A stretch of 62,970 nt of DNA, the filler included, from Sphaeroforma arctica JP610 (lineage: Eukaryota), in assembly GCF_001186125.1 (NCBI RefSeq). It is 6 parts of 3 records of this genome, joined end to end, with 100 filler letters (N's around TTAATTAATTAA, not from the genome) between each part and the next. Parts side by side here need not be neighbours in the genome. Positions count along the whole stretch, not along the records: positions 1 to 24,336 come from NW_014040537.1; positions 24,437 to 32,457 come from NW_014040537.1; 4 more parts are not named here. The stretch is one strand, 5' to 3'. Below, piece by piece: positions 14,595 to 28,212 of this stretch. Positions within the stretch are counted from its first letter, which is position 1. Each line of letters begins with the position of its first letter. The translations under genes and the position numbers were made by a program. Under the pieces are notes generated by a model. It was not told the origin of the DNA. It did not search any database and saw only the letters and a program-made list of their open reading frames with translations.

Positions 14595-17500
14595 TGTTTT
14601 TGTGTTTTGCTTGCGTGTGTGTGTGTGTGTGTATGTTCTGTTTATGTGTGTGTGTGTGTATGTGGTTATGTATGTGTGTGTGTACGTGTATCTCTTCGCA
14701 CTTTGGATACTTCGCAAACGGCCGCAGCAGGCTGAACAAGATGCACATGCTATTGCTTCATGTGCACGAGGAATGGGTTCATTTCCCACACATACAATGT
14801 CAGGGTTTTCGTCGAGATGATGTTGAGTTAGTTTGTTAAAGTTTCTATCTTGGCTGTTTGCATCTCCATGTACCGGTCGACCTCTCGTTGCCATGGGTTT
14901 ACGCCTAATATGGGAAAACCTGCCTTATATGGGCACACTCTCACCACAGGTGCTGCGGTTACGGATATCACCGAGATGGACACAGACGACCGCGCCAACC
15001 CAATAACCACGTGCGAAGGCACTAAAAGTTCAGAGGCTGGTGTCAAAACGGTGTCACGTGTCAACGAGGGTCCGGGCAATGGTACCGAATATTCTGCGTC
15101 TGTGCTCAACTGGGCCATCACCGAAGTCTCGCGCGGTATCATCCGCAAGATGACAGCCCCGACGGTGCAGAGTCCCAAGTTCAAAGACTTGTATGACAAT
15201 GACCAGTACGACCGCACCACACGCCACATATCGGTACACCAACCGCTGCACAGGGCCGCTGCCGAGATGTTCATGCAGCTGGGCAAGCTGGGGAAGGTAT
15301 GGGTGTTCATATATACCCCATACGTACATACATACATACATCAGTCCTCAGTGTATATACATGTATAGGTTATATCGTTGTCGTGCGTACTTACATACAT
15401 AAGTCCTCAGTGCATGTACATGTATAGGTTCCATCGTTGTCATATGTGCATACATACATAAGTCCTCAGTGCATGTACATGTACAGGTTCCATCGTTGTC
15501 ATATGTACATACATACAGCAGTCCTCAGTGCATGTACATGTATAGGTTATATCGTTGTCACACGTACATACATGCATCAGTCCTCAGTGCATATACATGT
15601 ATAGGTTCCATCGTTGTCATATGTACATACATACATCAGTCCTCAGTGCATATACATGTATAGGTTATATCGTTGTTATACGTACATACATACATCAGTC
15701 CTCAGTGCATATACATGTATAGGTTATATCTGTCATACGTACATACATACATCAGTCATCAATGCATATACATATATAGTTTCCATCGTTGCATATCAAC
15801 ACTCGCCCAAAAGTTCATACTCGCTGAAATCACACGCCCACTCATATTCCAACGGTTGCTCTTTCCTAAAATAACCGCGCAGCGATTGGTCAACCCGCTG
15901 CCGCCCTCCGACCCCGTATGGACACTACACAAAGGCGCCGGCTTCGGGTTCGAGAAGCTGAAAGAAGATCTTGTACGCATACAGGCCTTCGTTGCTCAGG
16001 TCAATGCGGGTTTGTGGGCACGCAATGGCTCGGCTGTGAAGTGTCAGGTGCACAACTACTTCGAGGCGGGGCAGTTTAGAGATCGGTCATATGATCTGGT
16101 AAGTCTTAGAGGGATGTGTGGAGTATGTGCATGTGTATGTGGAGGTGTATTTGTATGTGCATGTACATGTGCATATGTATGTATATATGTGTATGTGTTT
16201 GTATTGAGTGAGTGCGTCTACCCGGCGTGTTAGTCATGCATGTGTATACACATAGGCTATTCCTTCCGTAGGCCATTGCAAGCCTACGGGTGTATCTAGA
16301 CTGCTGTTGTATGTCTCTGGGTGTACTGATTCCCTTAAGTGGCTCAGTCTCGAGAGTGGCCGTGCAAACGTCTATTGCAGATGGGCACGCTGCATTTAAA
16401 CAACACCCACCTTTGTGTGCCTATCAATAGGCACACATGTAGCACTCTGATACTATCTACCCCCCCCTGCTACTAGATCACATCACATTGTATCGTACAC
16501 ATGGGCACTACTTGCTTTATCACATGGCACGTGTTTATACCTACCCCCATCTATATCTGACCATCCTCACTTCTCTACATTCACATGGCACACGCTTATA
16601 CCTACCTTCAACCATATCTGATCATCCTCACTTCTCCTACAATCACATGACACACGCTTATACCTACCCTCATCCATATCTGATCATCCTCACTTCTCCC
16701 ATCATCACACGACGCACACGTGCACATCCTTTCATCTCACCTATCCCCACTCACTCCTTCCTCAGGACATCGTGTGCCTGCAAGGATTCGCGGCCCTGTG
16801 CCCGCGTGACGAGATGCTCGAGTCAATGCTACACACGTACAGGCTGCACGACATCCTGCGCCACGACGACGAGAAGAAGCGCAAGAAGAACTTTGCGCAG
16901 ACGGGCAAGAACGCACGAGGGCGCTCAGGGCATCACACGCGAAGGTTAGTCGACTCACACGTGTAGGGTGGTTGGGTGAGAGAGACAGACAGACAGACAG
17001 AGAGTTGTGTGTGCGTACATGTGTTATTGTGTGTGTGCGTACATGTGTGTACGTGTGTGTGTTCTTGTGTGTATATATGATACGGATCAAGGCTGTGTGT
17101 CTGTACGTGTGTGTGTCTGTACGTGTGTGTGTGTGGGTGTGTGTGTGTGTATGTGTGTAGTAGTGCTTGTGTGTATATATTATACGAATCAAGACCGAGA
17201 GAGTGTGTTTGTGTGCGTGATGGTATGTCTGCGAGTGTGTTGATGTTTGCCTTGGAATAAGCTTGTACAGTTTCGCAAGGGTGCACGGGGACGCTCGGCA
17301 TGTCATACTAAGGGCTGTCGTATTGCTGTAGAGTTTAGCTATACACATGAGTATGTACATGCATGTGTATTAGCTATTGTATTGTACTTATATATGTTTG
17401 TAAGAGTGTATATGTATGTATGTATGTATTTATATATGCGTGTGTATTTCTTGACACAAAGGTCCGGGACGCACGCAGACGCATCAGGCATATTTCGCGA

Positions 17501-17710
17501 TTTTTTGCCATGATATCATTGATGAATGCCCATGTGCGTGTAAATTGTGTGTCTGTGTATGCCTCTGTATGTATGTGTGTGTGCATATGCATGTGTATGT
17601 ATGTGTGTGTAAATTGTGTGTCTGTGTATGCTTCTGTATGTGTCTGTGTACATGCATGTGTATGTATGTGTGTGTGTTTGTGTATGTACAGATATATATA
17701 TATATATATG

Positions 17711-17744
<34 letters not shown>

Positions 17745-18891
17745 CATATATATATTTATATATATATACATATATATATATATTATATATATATATATAC
17801 ATATACATATATAGATATATACATATATATATCTATCTATATCAATATATATATGTATTATATATTATATTATATATTTATATATATATATATATATATA
17901 TTGCGTGTATCAATGTGTGTGTGTGTGCGTGTGTGTATGTATGTGTGTATATATGTTCATAAGTATGTGTGCGTGCGTGTGTGTATGTATGTGTGTATAT
18001 ATGTTCATTAGTATGTGTGTGTGCGTGTGTGTATGTATGTGTGTATATATGTGTGTGTGCGTGTGTGTACGTATGTGTGTATATATGTGTATAAGTATGA
18101 GTGTGTATGTATGTGTGTGTATGTGTGTGTACGTGTGTGCGTATGTGTACGTGTGTATATACACTATACAATCATAATGTATCACTGCACTTGGTAGCTC
18201 TGGTTGCACCTGCGAGTGTTTGTTATGTGCCTTTAAGCACTGAGAACGAGCGCACACTTCGGGTTAACATTCGTGTATGGTGTGTCAATGTAACGGCTCG
18301 ATGCTTTCAAGCATGTGTGCATGCATGCATAGACATACATACCCACAAAACAGCATGATGCTGAGCTCGAGGTTCAGGAAGGAATTACGAGTTAACATGT
18401 GAGAGTACTTTCTTGTTCATGCGCTTATTCAGAAGTCCGGAAGTGTAGCCAAGTATCCTTGCAACGTGTTCTGCACCCGGCTGACTACTTTACACGAACC
18501 ATGCCTGTATCTCTTAACCTCTACATGTGTCAAGGTGCTTGTACCCCCAAAACGGTTGACAACACAACGTACTTGTATTTCTCAACTTTGAACCACGTCT
18601 TTTGTAACTCATAACTTGCCTAGGAGAACATTACACATCGACATATCCGACTCATCCGGCGACGACGCAGATGACGTGGCCAATAGGAATCGACGAGGCA
18701 CGGGTCGTCATGGCAACGGCGAGAATGCCAGAGACGAAGAAAGTACCACAGATGATGAGGATGATGGAGATTTCCGCACACGAATCCCTCGGCACACCGA
18801 GCACGCAGGTGGCCATAGACGGGGCTATACACTCGAACACGCACACGGACATGCACATGAACACGCACACAACCACGCTCACAACCACGCT

Positions 18892-18923
<32 letters not shown>

Positions 18924-19804
18924 TGGACACACTCAGCCGCAAGCACCCCCACAACCACAGCTGCACGGCCCTGTCCCCGCCATGCCACAGGGCGCAGCGC
19001 ACAACTCGGTGGCAGCCCAGATCATTGCGGCCATAACGGCCCCATTCCTTCCAGGAACAGGAACAGGGCCAAGGGCCCAGACAGGTAGGCCTCTGCCTTA
19101 TATCCGGTGGTAGGGAGGTTTTTTTGTGAGGGGGAGGGGACTGGTACACAGTATCGAAACGTGAGCTTGTGCAGGGGGTCGTTTCGATATCAATTGGGAT
19201 GTATGTCTTTTCTCAGTAATCTTTCTGGGCACGTACACGACTTAGATGGTGCATTGTATCTATATAAGCATATGCATAGCACAGTAACCTATTGTCATTG
19301 TTATGTACGTATAACGAATGGGACACGACTTAGATGGTGCATTGTATTCATATAAGCATATGCATAGCACAGTAGCCTATTGACATTGTCATGTACGTAT
19401 AACGAATGGGACACGACTTAGATGGTGCATTGTATCTATATAAGCATATGCATAGCACAGTAACCTATTTTCATTGTTATGTACGTATAACGAATGGGAC
19501 ACGACTTAGATGGTGCATTGCATCTAGATAAGCATATACATAGCACAGTAACCTATTGACATTGTTATGTACGTATAACGAATGGGTATGTATGTTTATG
19601 CGTATTTGGTTTCCCCGCGATCCGCAGATGCAACTGTGCAAAGGGCAGCACCCCACACCACCACACACACAGACCCACGCAACGGAGCAACGGTACACAC
19701 AACCACGCACACCGTCATCACAGGGCCACCCATGATGCCACTGATGCAGGGGTAAGATTGCTTGTCCGTATTATTCATGTACAACCCTTGAAATGCTATA
19801 TATG

Positions 19805-19836
<32 letters not shown>

Positions 19837-20689
19837 GTATGGTTTATTAATAAGACAGATATAATCATGTCAACAGTTTGTTCATCAACATATACGCGTT
19901 GTATGTGTACACACATAGTTAGCCTACACGCGTATTGCTGTCGTGTTAGGTTGATTTGCATGCAGCATCATGACTGTTGTTTCCAATAAAGTTGCATAGT
20001 ACAGCCGTGAGTTGTCAATCTTGCTATCTAAATTGGATCCCGAAACTACGTACATTTCCCTGCAAATACACCCTAAACTCAATGCTAGCATCACACCCGA
20101 CAGACCAACTGTGTCCCAGGCCATAGTGCACAATCTAATGTACATATTGAAAGACACTCGCCTTTGCCTGTGACACACTGTACTCTCATAACACCACAGC
20201 TAACCACCTACAGGGCTGCGCTGTCGATCAGTCCTGTACAAACGTATACGTATAAACGTGTTTGATTCGGAAACACCTTATAGATAAGCTGTCCGTAGCG
20301 AACAAATATACTTGTTGGTTCAGGTCCGTGTCTGTACGCTTCAAGTACAGTACGCCGACTCTCCAGCAGAATGTATAGTCTATGACTGGTTTCAAACATA
20401 AACATACTTACTTGACAAACGTCGTGCTTATTCCCTCACACTCACAGGATGGGCCCTCCCGGCCAACGGGGCAATGGTGGGGGAGCACAACCACAAACTC
20501 ACAGAGACGCCCTGGGCAACACCCACACTATACTGCACGGAGAGCTTACCCCCGAGCAAGTACGCAGCATGTTCACAGGCCTCGCACAGGCGAATCCGAC
20601 AGCTAATGTAAGTATTGTGTGCATGTTATATACGCTATAGGAATACCTGATTGCATGTCTTTTATATATATATATATATAAATACATAA

Positions 20690-20764
<75 letters not shown>

Positions 20765-20786
20765 AATATATATATATACATAGACA

Positions 20787-20820
<34 letters not shown>

Positions 20821-21579
20821 TGTATTTATATTTATATATATATTAATATAAATTTTCTGTATACATTCATCACAATACACTGACTATCGACCCGCAATAT
20901 CCACCAACACATCATACCCACAGCCTACTCCTGCAGGTCCTGTGCTACCTACCTACGGCCCACCCACCGTCGCCCAAGCGGCAGCAGCCGAGGTCATGGG
21001 GGCAGCTACAACCGAGTTTATGACCGGTTTAAATGTTCTTCCTGGAACACGCAGAAACACTACCGGGGGGATGAGTGACCCTGCCCTGGGTGCGGGAGAT
21101 GGAGACAGGGGTGCGGAAAGGACTAGAGTCGAGCGTAGGGCTAGTGCCAGTGAGAGTGAAAGCGAGGACGAGATTTCCGCACATGGCAACGCAGGTAGGT
21201 ACAGGGTTTCGGATTTAGAGTATAGAGTTTGGACTTTGGGTAGTACACGGGATTGTTCACGACAGGTATATGACGGGAGGGTTTAGAGACTAGTCTTATT
21301 GTATGTGTAGCGGCCTTCTTCCCAAGTGCATGTATGTATGTATGTACGTATGTATGTATGTATGTGTATGTATTTATGTATGTATGTATTCGTACGAATG
21401 GAAGTGCAAGCATACATGTCTGCTGAATCGAATTCATATTTCTCCGCATTTCTAATTTCTGATCGTTGCTGGTAGGACACGAGTATTTGTGCAATACCAG
21501 TAGTTTTGTAAGGCGGGCTCGAAGTCTATCCGTACATATTGATACACACACATACACACACACGCACACACACACGCAT

Positions 21580-21614
<35 letters not shown>

Positions 21615-21621
21615 CATATGC

Positions 21622-21660
<39 letters not shown>

Positions 21661-24293
21661 GTACCATGATATACTTAGAGTATTACTAACATTTCACCGT
21701 ATTGAAGATCAAGTCGACAAAATCGAATTTGTGGCGGAGGTACAGAATGGATACAGTTTGACGATAGTATGCGAACGTCAGCATTGTTTTTTATCCTACT
21801 CTCGGCCTACTTTCACATGTACACCTTATTATGCCATGTGGTCCACATTCACTATTAAGAGGTTCCAACCATGTGTCATGTGTTTACATCAACACCTGTA
21901 GGGTTCAACATGCCCCACTTCAACATTCCGATGCCTCCGGGGATGCACCTCGGAGCCGTTCAGATGGTACCAGTCCAAATGGATGCAGGAGGTGTAGGAC
22001 ATACGAACGTAGAGCTGGCTGCGGGCACAGAAGATATCCTACAGCAGTTGTTACAGGTGCGTTGTATCATGTATATATATATACGTATATATACACTATA
22101 TATATATAATACATATACATATACATATACCTGTAAAAAGGTCACGTGTGTACATACACACACCATTGCACTTGTTATTATCTTGTGGTCTCATGACAGT
22201 CTGCCTGACCGGCGACACTACCGTCTGCGCCAGTCGTGCGTACGTATTGCACCTATGTACACACCACTGTATAGCCTATCCACTGACTGGCAAGTGCCAA
22301 TTAACTCAGTTCACCATTGCGTAGAGCGTGTCAGGCATCGCTGCGTACAGCATGCGCCGACGATGAGTGAGAGCACAGCTGGATGGCACGTGCCACCCGC
22401 GAATGCATACCCAGCCCATTCATGCCCAGAGTTAGTACACATCTGCGTTGTATTGGTCATCAGTATACATCTTCGTTGTATTGGTGCTTCCAGGTGGTGT
22501 GCTTGATAATTGTATAATTTTGCGTTTCATTGGTGTTTCCAGGTAGTGTGCTTGGTGTAACAGTATACGTTTGCGTTTTATTGGTCATGCCTCGCTTGCC
22601 TATCTATCTCAGCTACCTACAAGCGTGTGCCAGGCACGTTCCTATTTGACTATCACCACACCCACTTGCGCTTACGTACTGCTTGCTGTGGCATTACTCG
22701 CTCCTCCTGGCCTGTCCTCTGGTGTGTCTGGTCATGGGCCACATGTAAGCCTGTCTCCGCCTACCATTCGTGCCACCAATGCGCATACTCACCTTCACTG
22801 CGTACTGTGTATTGCATACTCGTACACACAGCGGCTCAACACCAACGCCAATCTCGGGGTACCCGGTGGAGGTCTGCCCGGCGATGCCGGAGCGAATGCG
22901 ACAGACGCACGCGTCCCTGGGCACCCACCAGCACAAACCAACCCACCCACACACACACACACACGTGCACATACACATACCCCACACGCACATACACATA
23001 CGCAGGCACACACGCATTCTGCGTCTACACACGCACAATCGCACGGGGCAACCAATAGTACACACACATCACGAGCAGCCGGAAGCAGCGCGAGTGAAAG
23101 TGCGCCTGATGGGCCGGAGAAAGGGTATATCCAGGGGTTTCAAACACGGGACGAGGCTTGCGCTGGTTCTAGCGACCCCGCGGATGCGATGGACGTTGAC
23201 GAGTGGGAGGAGGACAGAGGCACAGCAGGAAGTACCTCCAGGGCAGCCGAGACACACGCGGCGAGTGACGCCAATAGTCTTACAGCTAATGCACGGGGAG
23301 TTGAATCACGGAGACGGGAAGGAGAACGCCACAGCACCCACCCACCCACACACACACAGCCCGCAGCAGCGCAGCAGGCATCGGACAGTCAGGTACACGG
23401 TGAGGGGGTAGCCAGACAGGCACAGGGGTACAGACCACCCACTACACATGGGCATGGGGTGATGCAACGGCTTGCAGTGACACAGATAGAGGACGATGAC
23501 TCGGATGACGACCAGGACATGGATGAGTGGGAAGACCTGCCAGGGACACCCGTGTCAGCCGAGATGGCAAGTCTCAGGGAACGTATACGGGCGGTACGCG
23601 AGGAGCTGGAAGGAGGGACACAGACACAGCCATATACTCAGACTCAGACTCAGACTCAGACTCAGCCTCAGCCACAGACTCAGACTCAGACTCAGAATGT
23701 ATCAGGCGACAGTGGTGCAAGTACAGCTACCAACCCCACACAGGCCACAGCGCAGCACACAATAGACAGTCAGGTGCCCCGTGATTCATTAGCCAGACAG
23801 GCGCGTGACCACGAATCCACCCCACCCCCACCTGCTACACGCGAGACTGAGACGATCACTGGACTCACAGCCATGCAACACAGTCAAGTGGCACAGATAG
23901 AGGACGATGACTCAGACGATCAGCCCACGCAGGAGGGGGGGCGTCGTAGGCACGCATACGATTCGCCTGAGATGGTAAGTTTCAGGGCACGCATACAGGC
24001 GGCGAGCGAAGAGCTGGACAGACAACACCCACCGACACCGAGACGGCCAGAGACACAGCTACAGGCACGGGCAGAGGCGATACAGACTATGACACGAGCA
24101 CAACGACAGGCACAAGAACGAAGACAAGCACGTGCACAGGCACAGACGCAGGCGCAGGCAGAGGGGTCAGCTGGTGGGAGCAATGCACGCAGTGCAGAGG
24201 ACATGGTGGACGCAGAGTACGAGACGGCTGAGCAACGCGCTGCAGAGGAACTGGATAGTGTTCTGAGTCAATTGCGCAACAGAATTCGTCAAG
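3929..24293 (+). CDS. UBR1: UBR1/UBR2-type E3 ubiquitin ligase (N-recognin), 5' part, truncated at the spacer
   Basis: UBR box [44 protein letters not shown], ClpS-like N-domain [11 protein letters not shown], and later conserved blocks [44 protein letters not shown]. Phase-consistent exons: 3929-4105, 4738-4924, 6283-6407, 7057-7376, 7942-8169, 8978-9171, 10078-10982, 11683-11947, 12928-13322, 14211-14409, 14950-15296, 15883-16098, 16766-16944, 18624-19084, 19628-19751, 20448-20607, 20924-21194, 21902-22056, 22832-24293. The RING domain is not reached. Exon 1 and the exon 9 donor are the least certain. Confidence 0.92.
4263..4600. repeat. Compound (CA)n/(TA)n microsatellite in UBR1 intron 1; similar tracts near 9210-9740, 14430-14690, 17540-18170, 20660-20850, 21540-21660
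   Basis: Dinucleotide and tetranucleotide runs are directly visible. Confidence 0.95.
10968..11215 (+). repeat. About 76-bp tandem repeat, 4 copies, containing the exon 7 end and its 5' splice site
   Basis: TTGTT(C/A)TACAAACAG|GTATGT recurs near 10968, 11044, 11119 and 11194. Confidence 0.9.
12550..12893 (+). repeat. About 58-bp intronic minisatellite, about 6 copies
   Basis: Unit CAACCCAGAACGACTTGATACATTATATTTAGAGGCATGTACAAAAACGTTCTCACCA. Confidence 0.92.
15320..15792 (+). repeat. About 59-bp intronic minisatellite, about 8 copies
   Basis: Unit CATACATACATCAGTCCTCAGTGCATATACATGTATAGGTT(A/C)(T/C)ATCGTTGTCAT. Confidence 0.92.
19232..19586 (+). repeat. About 88-bp intronic minisatellite, 4 copies
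   Basis: Unit ACACGACTTAGATGGTGCATTG...GCACAGTAACCTATT...GTACGTATAACGAATGGG. Confidence 0.92.
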
Positions 24294-24336
24294 GTTTGTG
24301 CGGCTGTATATATATATTTCTATACATATACATATA

Positions 24337-24436
24337 NNNNNNNNNNNNNNNNNNNNNNNNNNNNNNNNNNNNNNNNNNNNTTAATTAATTAANNNNNNNN
24401 NNNNNNNNNNNNNNNNNNNNNNNNNNNNNNNNNNNN
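24337..24436. other. Artificial assembly spacer N44-TTAATTAATTAA-N44; also at 32458-32557, 48049-48148, 53509-53608, 60638-60737
   Basis: An identical 100-bp design occurs five times, and the 12-mer places stops in all six frames. Confidence 0.97.
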
Positions 24437-24881
24437 TTAAACATATATATAGTTTTCTGTGTACAATTTGTTCCTGCATATATACACGCAGCATTGAAAA
24501 ATGTTTTGGCTTTTAAGGCGATTGACGTTGGAAATTTTGCGAAAAGCATACAGAGACGGCAGAAAATATAAGCGACCATCACAGTTGAATGTTTCCGTAT
24601 TGTATCATCCCGTAATTACTATTGTATTTTTTGATTAGCTTTAAAAGCATATTTAAATTCAAAGTACGTTGCAGAAAAGAGGTGCACAGGCACAAGAGTA
24701 ACTATCGGCGACCGGAAACAGTATCTATGTATAATTTTAAGTACACACAATATGTTGTCAAAATAGCAATCCCGTGCAGGCAAAGAAGCCATATACAAGT
24801 TGTACACTGCTAGTCCAAAATGTAAATACTGGTCTACGATATAATATTGTTTACATATGTCCCAAGTTTTGACACACCCAC

Positions 24882-24978
24882 CTTCTCGCATCCGTTGTTC
24901 GAACTCCAGTAGTGTTGGCTCAATTAGATCCCATCCATCTGGAGGGGGCTTCCGTCTGCTTCTTTTAACTTTAGGCAT
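24882..24978 (-). CDS. BUD31: Pre-mRNA splicing factor BUD31/G10, first coding exon; remainder not found before the spacer
   Basis: [32 protein letters not shown] is the characteristic BUD31 N-terminus, followed by the donor AG|GTGGGT. Confidence 0.93.
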
Positions 24979-25778
24979 AGCTTACGGATATACTTTATTC
25001 CAACTAAGCTCTCCCGAACGTACACCGCTTTTAAAAATACTCGAGTATATGTTTAATTGTACATGATATTATTTGAGCTTGTTTTTGCACGAACATAGTT
25101 TCGAAAATTGTCGAGTGGCGGCTGGCGAGTGGCGAGTGGAGAGGCATTTACTTCACGAATACACACGGGAATAGATCCAGCCTCAATACTTTTACGTTTA
25201 AACGGATAAACGTCGAATAGATATACGTGTATGTTAACGTTTATAAAGTGATGGCCCTACGGCCGACACTACGGGTGCATGTTCGGAGCCCTGAGGCTCC
25301 AGCTTTTCAATAGTTTTCTCTGGGATGTTTATTTTCATAGCCGGATATTAGGTGGCTTTTTCTCCAGTCTTTTTACCCTGAACATTAACGTTTAAATACA
25401 GAACAAATAAGCGTTTACGCCGACGTTTAAACTGCACCCCTTTTAAGAAACAGATTGATATGCTCTGGTGGAACATCTGAGAATTCAGACCAATGAGACG
25501 TGAGAATTGAATACTGCGCCAATACATTCCCTCGCAATGCAGTGTAAAACGCCGGTATATGGACCACTTTGACTAATCATATACATATTTACAATATCGC
25601 ATCAAGGAAGTATTTTAGGATAAAATATAAATACGATGAAATAGTTACACTTGTCTTTTGCTCTAGTAGAGAGATCGTAGCATCCTTTCCTGCTGGGATA
25701 TTTATGTGCAGTGTATAGTATATGTGTATATTGAAATCGCAGACCAAATTTGGGTGCAAGTGTCAGTAGCCTGCAATC

Positions 25779-28021
25779 ATGAAGTTAGTAAAGAAGGTCA
25801 TCGAGCGTGATGCCTCGGGGTTTGTTGAACTCATAGCCGAAGAAGGAGAGGACATGTGGCATGTGTACAACCTACTATTGAACGGCGATAGGATCAAAGC
25901 CACTACATTTCGGTATGCCTATGAGCATTTAGTGTCGATAGTTTGTTTTCCTCATCAAATTACGAATAAATGCCCTCAAGTATAGATAATTTCCATCGGA
26001 GGCTCAATAGAAGTATGTGAAACCACTTTGAATGAGGTTCTTGCAATACTTCCCAACATGACATTGGCACGAAGATGGATACTGTATATTTTTTACATCC
26101 AAGCGATGATAGTGCATACAAATACCACTTTCAAAAACCAATAATAAATTTTGCGATATTTGTACCCTCACTAAAGACGGTAGATAGTAGTTATCCACGT
26201 ACCTTTGTATGCAACCACAAGGATACAAATAGTCATGCACATATATANNNNNNNNNNNNNNNNNNNNNNNNNNNNNNNNNNNNNNNNNNNNNNNNNNNNN
26301 NNNNNNNNNNNNNNNNNNNNNNNNNNNNNNNNNNNNNNNNNNNNNNNNNNNNNNNNNNNNNNNNNNNNNNNNNNNNNNNNNNNNNNNNNNNNNNNNNNNN
26401 NNNNNNNNNNNNNNNNNNNNNNNNNNNNNNNNNNNNNNNNNNNNNNNNNNNNNNNNNNNNNNNNNNNNNNNNNNNNNNNNNNNNNNNNNNNNNNNNNNNN
26501 NNATATATACTTCCTGATTGTCTCACTAATACGACAGGCGCGTGCAGAATGAATCTACAACTGGCAGCGTGACGAGTGAGCGTGTGCGAACAGTGTTGAC
26601 AGTGGAAGTCACGGATGTGTTTTTTGACACCCAAGCCTTCACACTGCGAATCAATGGTAAAAACACAGAAGAAAATCCACATGTAAAGGTACGTTTTTCT
26701 AACTGACGTGTATTGAGTTCCCGCGCCAGGGCATATTGCAATATTTTCAGCATGATCTTAAGGATTCGTAGGTTTGCAGCGGCTTTGTATACCAGTTCAG
26801 GATATACTGTCTAATGTATATCCTCATACGCCGCATGCTGCACAACATGCAGATGGGAGCGTTCCATACGATCGATCTCGAACTCAACCGTAAGTTCACC
26901 CTGTACAAGCAAGAATGGGACTCTGTGTCTCTCGAGCGAGTAAAAGAGTCGTGTGACATATCATCCAAAGCGGATGTGGGTGCGGTTGTACTGCAAGAAG
27001 GGCTGGCGTATGTGTGCTTGATCAGCTCGTCGATGACGGTGATTAGGACTAAGGTGGATGTATCAATCCCCCGCAAGCGCCGAGGTGGTATGTGAACGTG
27101 TTTCAAGTTAGATGTGAAACCGAAAGGGGTATATGTATTGTGTATGCATTGTTCTGTATGGTTACGCTCTTCCCTTTGGTTTCGCTTCGTTAAACTGAAT
27201 AGTCGGGTCTATATTCTCAGACATTCTGATGTTTCAGTGAGAGAGCTTTGCACTCCTGATGTGACAATGAGAGCGCATTGCACTCGGTTTGTATGAGGAG
27301 GCATGTTTTCTATGATGTCAAAAAAGTGATATTATATTTGATTCAATGTGGGATCGAAGCAAGTGGGATGTTCATGTAACACGTACTGACTGTTATATGA
27401 CTTCGTCACGCGCGAAACAATTTTAGTGTCACTTGTGCTTTGCTGCGGATTGAAATTGTCCATTTGCTTACGGTGAGAGGCATCCAGATATTTCTTGTCA
27501 TATTGGTGCGGCGATAAATTCTAATTATGACGAAATTAGCAATATACACACACGTATACACATGGTACGCACAAGCATTTGTAGTATTGTACAGTGTCGA
27601 TAGAAACCCTATATTCAGCACCTCGTGCCGATATTCGATACTGTGTTATATTTGTCTTTTGGCCTATGCGTGGTAGTTTGGCATTGATGTAATAATGATA
27701 AAATTTGATTGTATACCGTTAGTGCTGCTAGTAAGACCATCGTAGACGATTGGGACTGTTATTATATTTGTTGTCCAGGAACAGTCTCCATGTGTATGAT
27801 GTGTACAAATTGCATGTGCATGTCTTTACACAGTACACGACCCTCTTGCGATTGGTCCCTTTTACATTGGTCATCACTCGGTCGCAAAATTGAAGACTAT
27901 TATGTACATACACACACATAGAGCTTTACATATATGTTCGCATCAATTCAAACACTGGAGCAAAGCTTACAGAAATGTAACATTGTATATTCATAATTGG
28001 AATTTGCCGAAAGCAATTGTA

Positions 28022-28103
<82 letters not shown>

Positions 28104-28165
28104 TATAGTATATATATATANNNNNNNNNNNNNNNNNNNNCCTACCTACCTCGTCGTGTCGTCTN

Positions 28166-28212
<47 letters not shown>

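Noticed and set aside
24381..24392. TTAATTAATTAA palindrome as a biological site
   Set aside because: It is always centred in an 88-N spacer, so it is an assembly linker.
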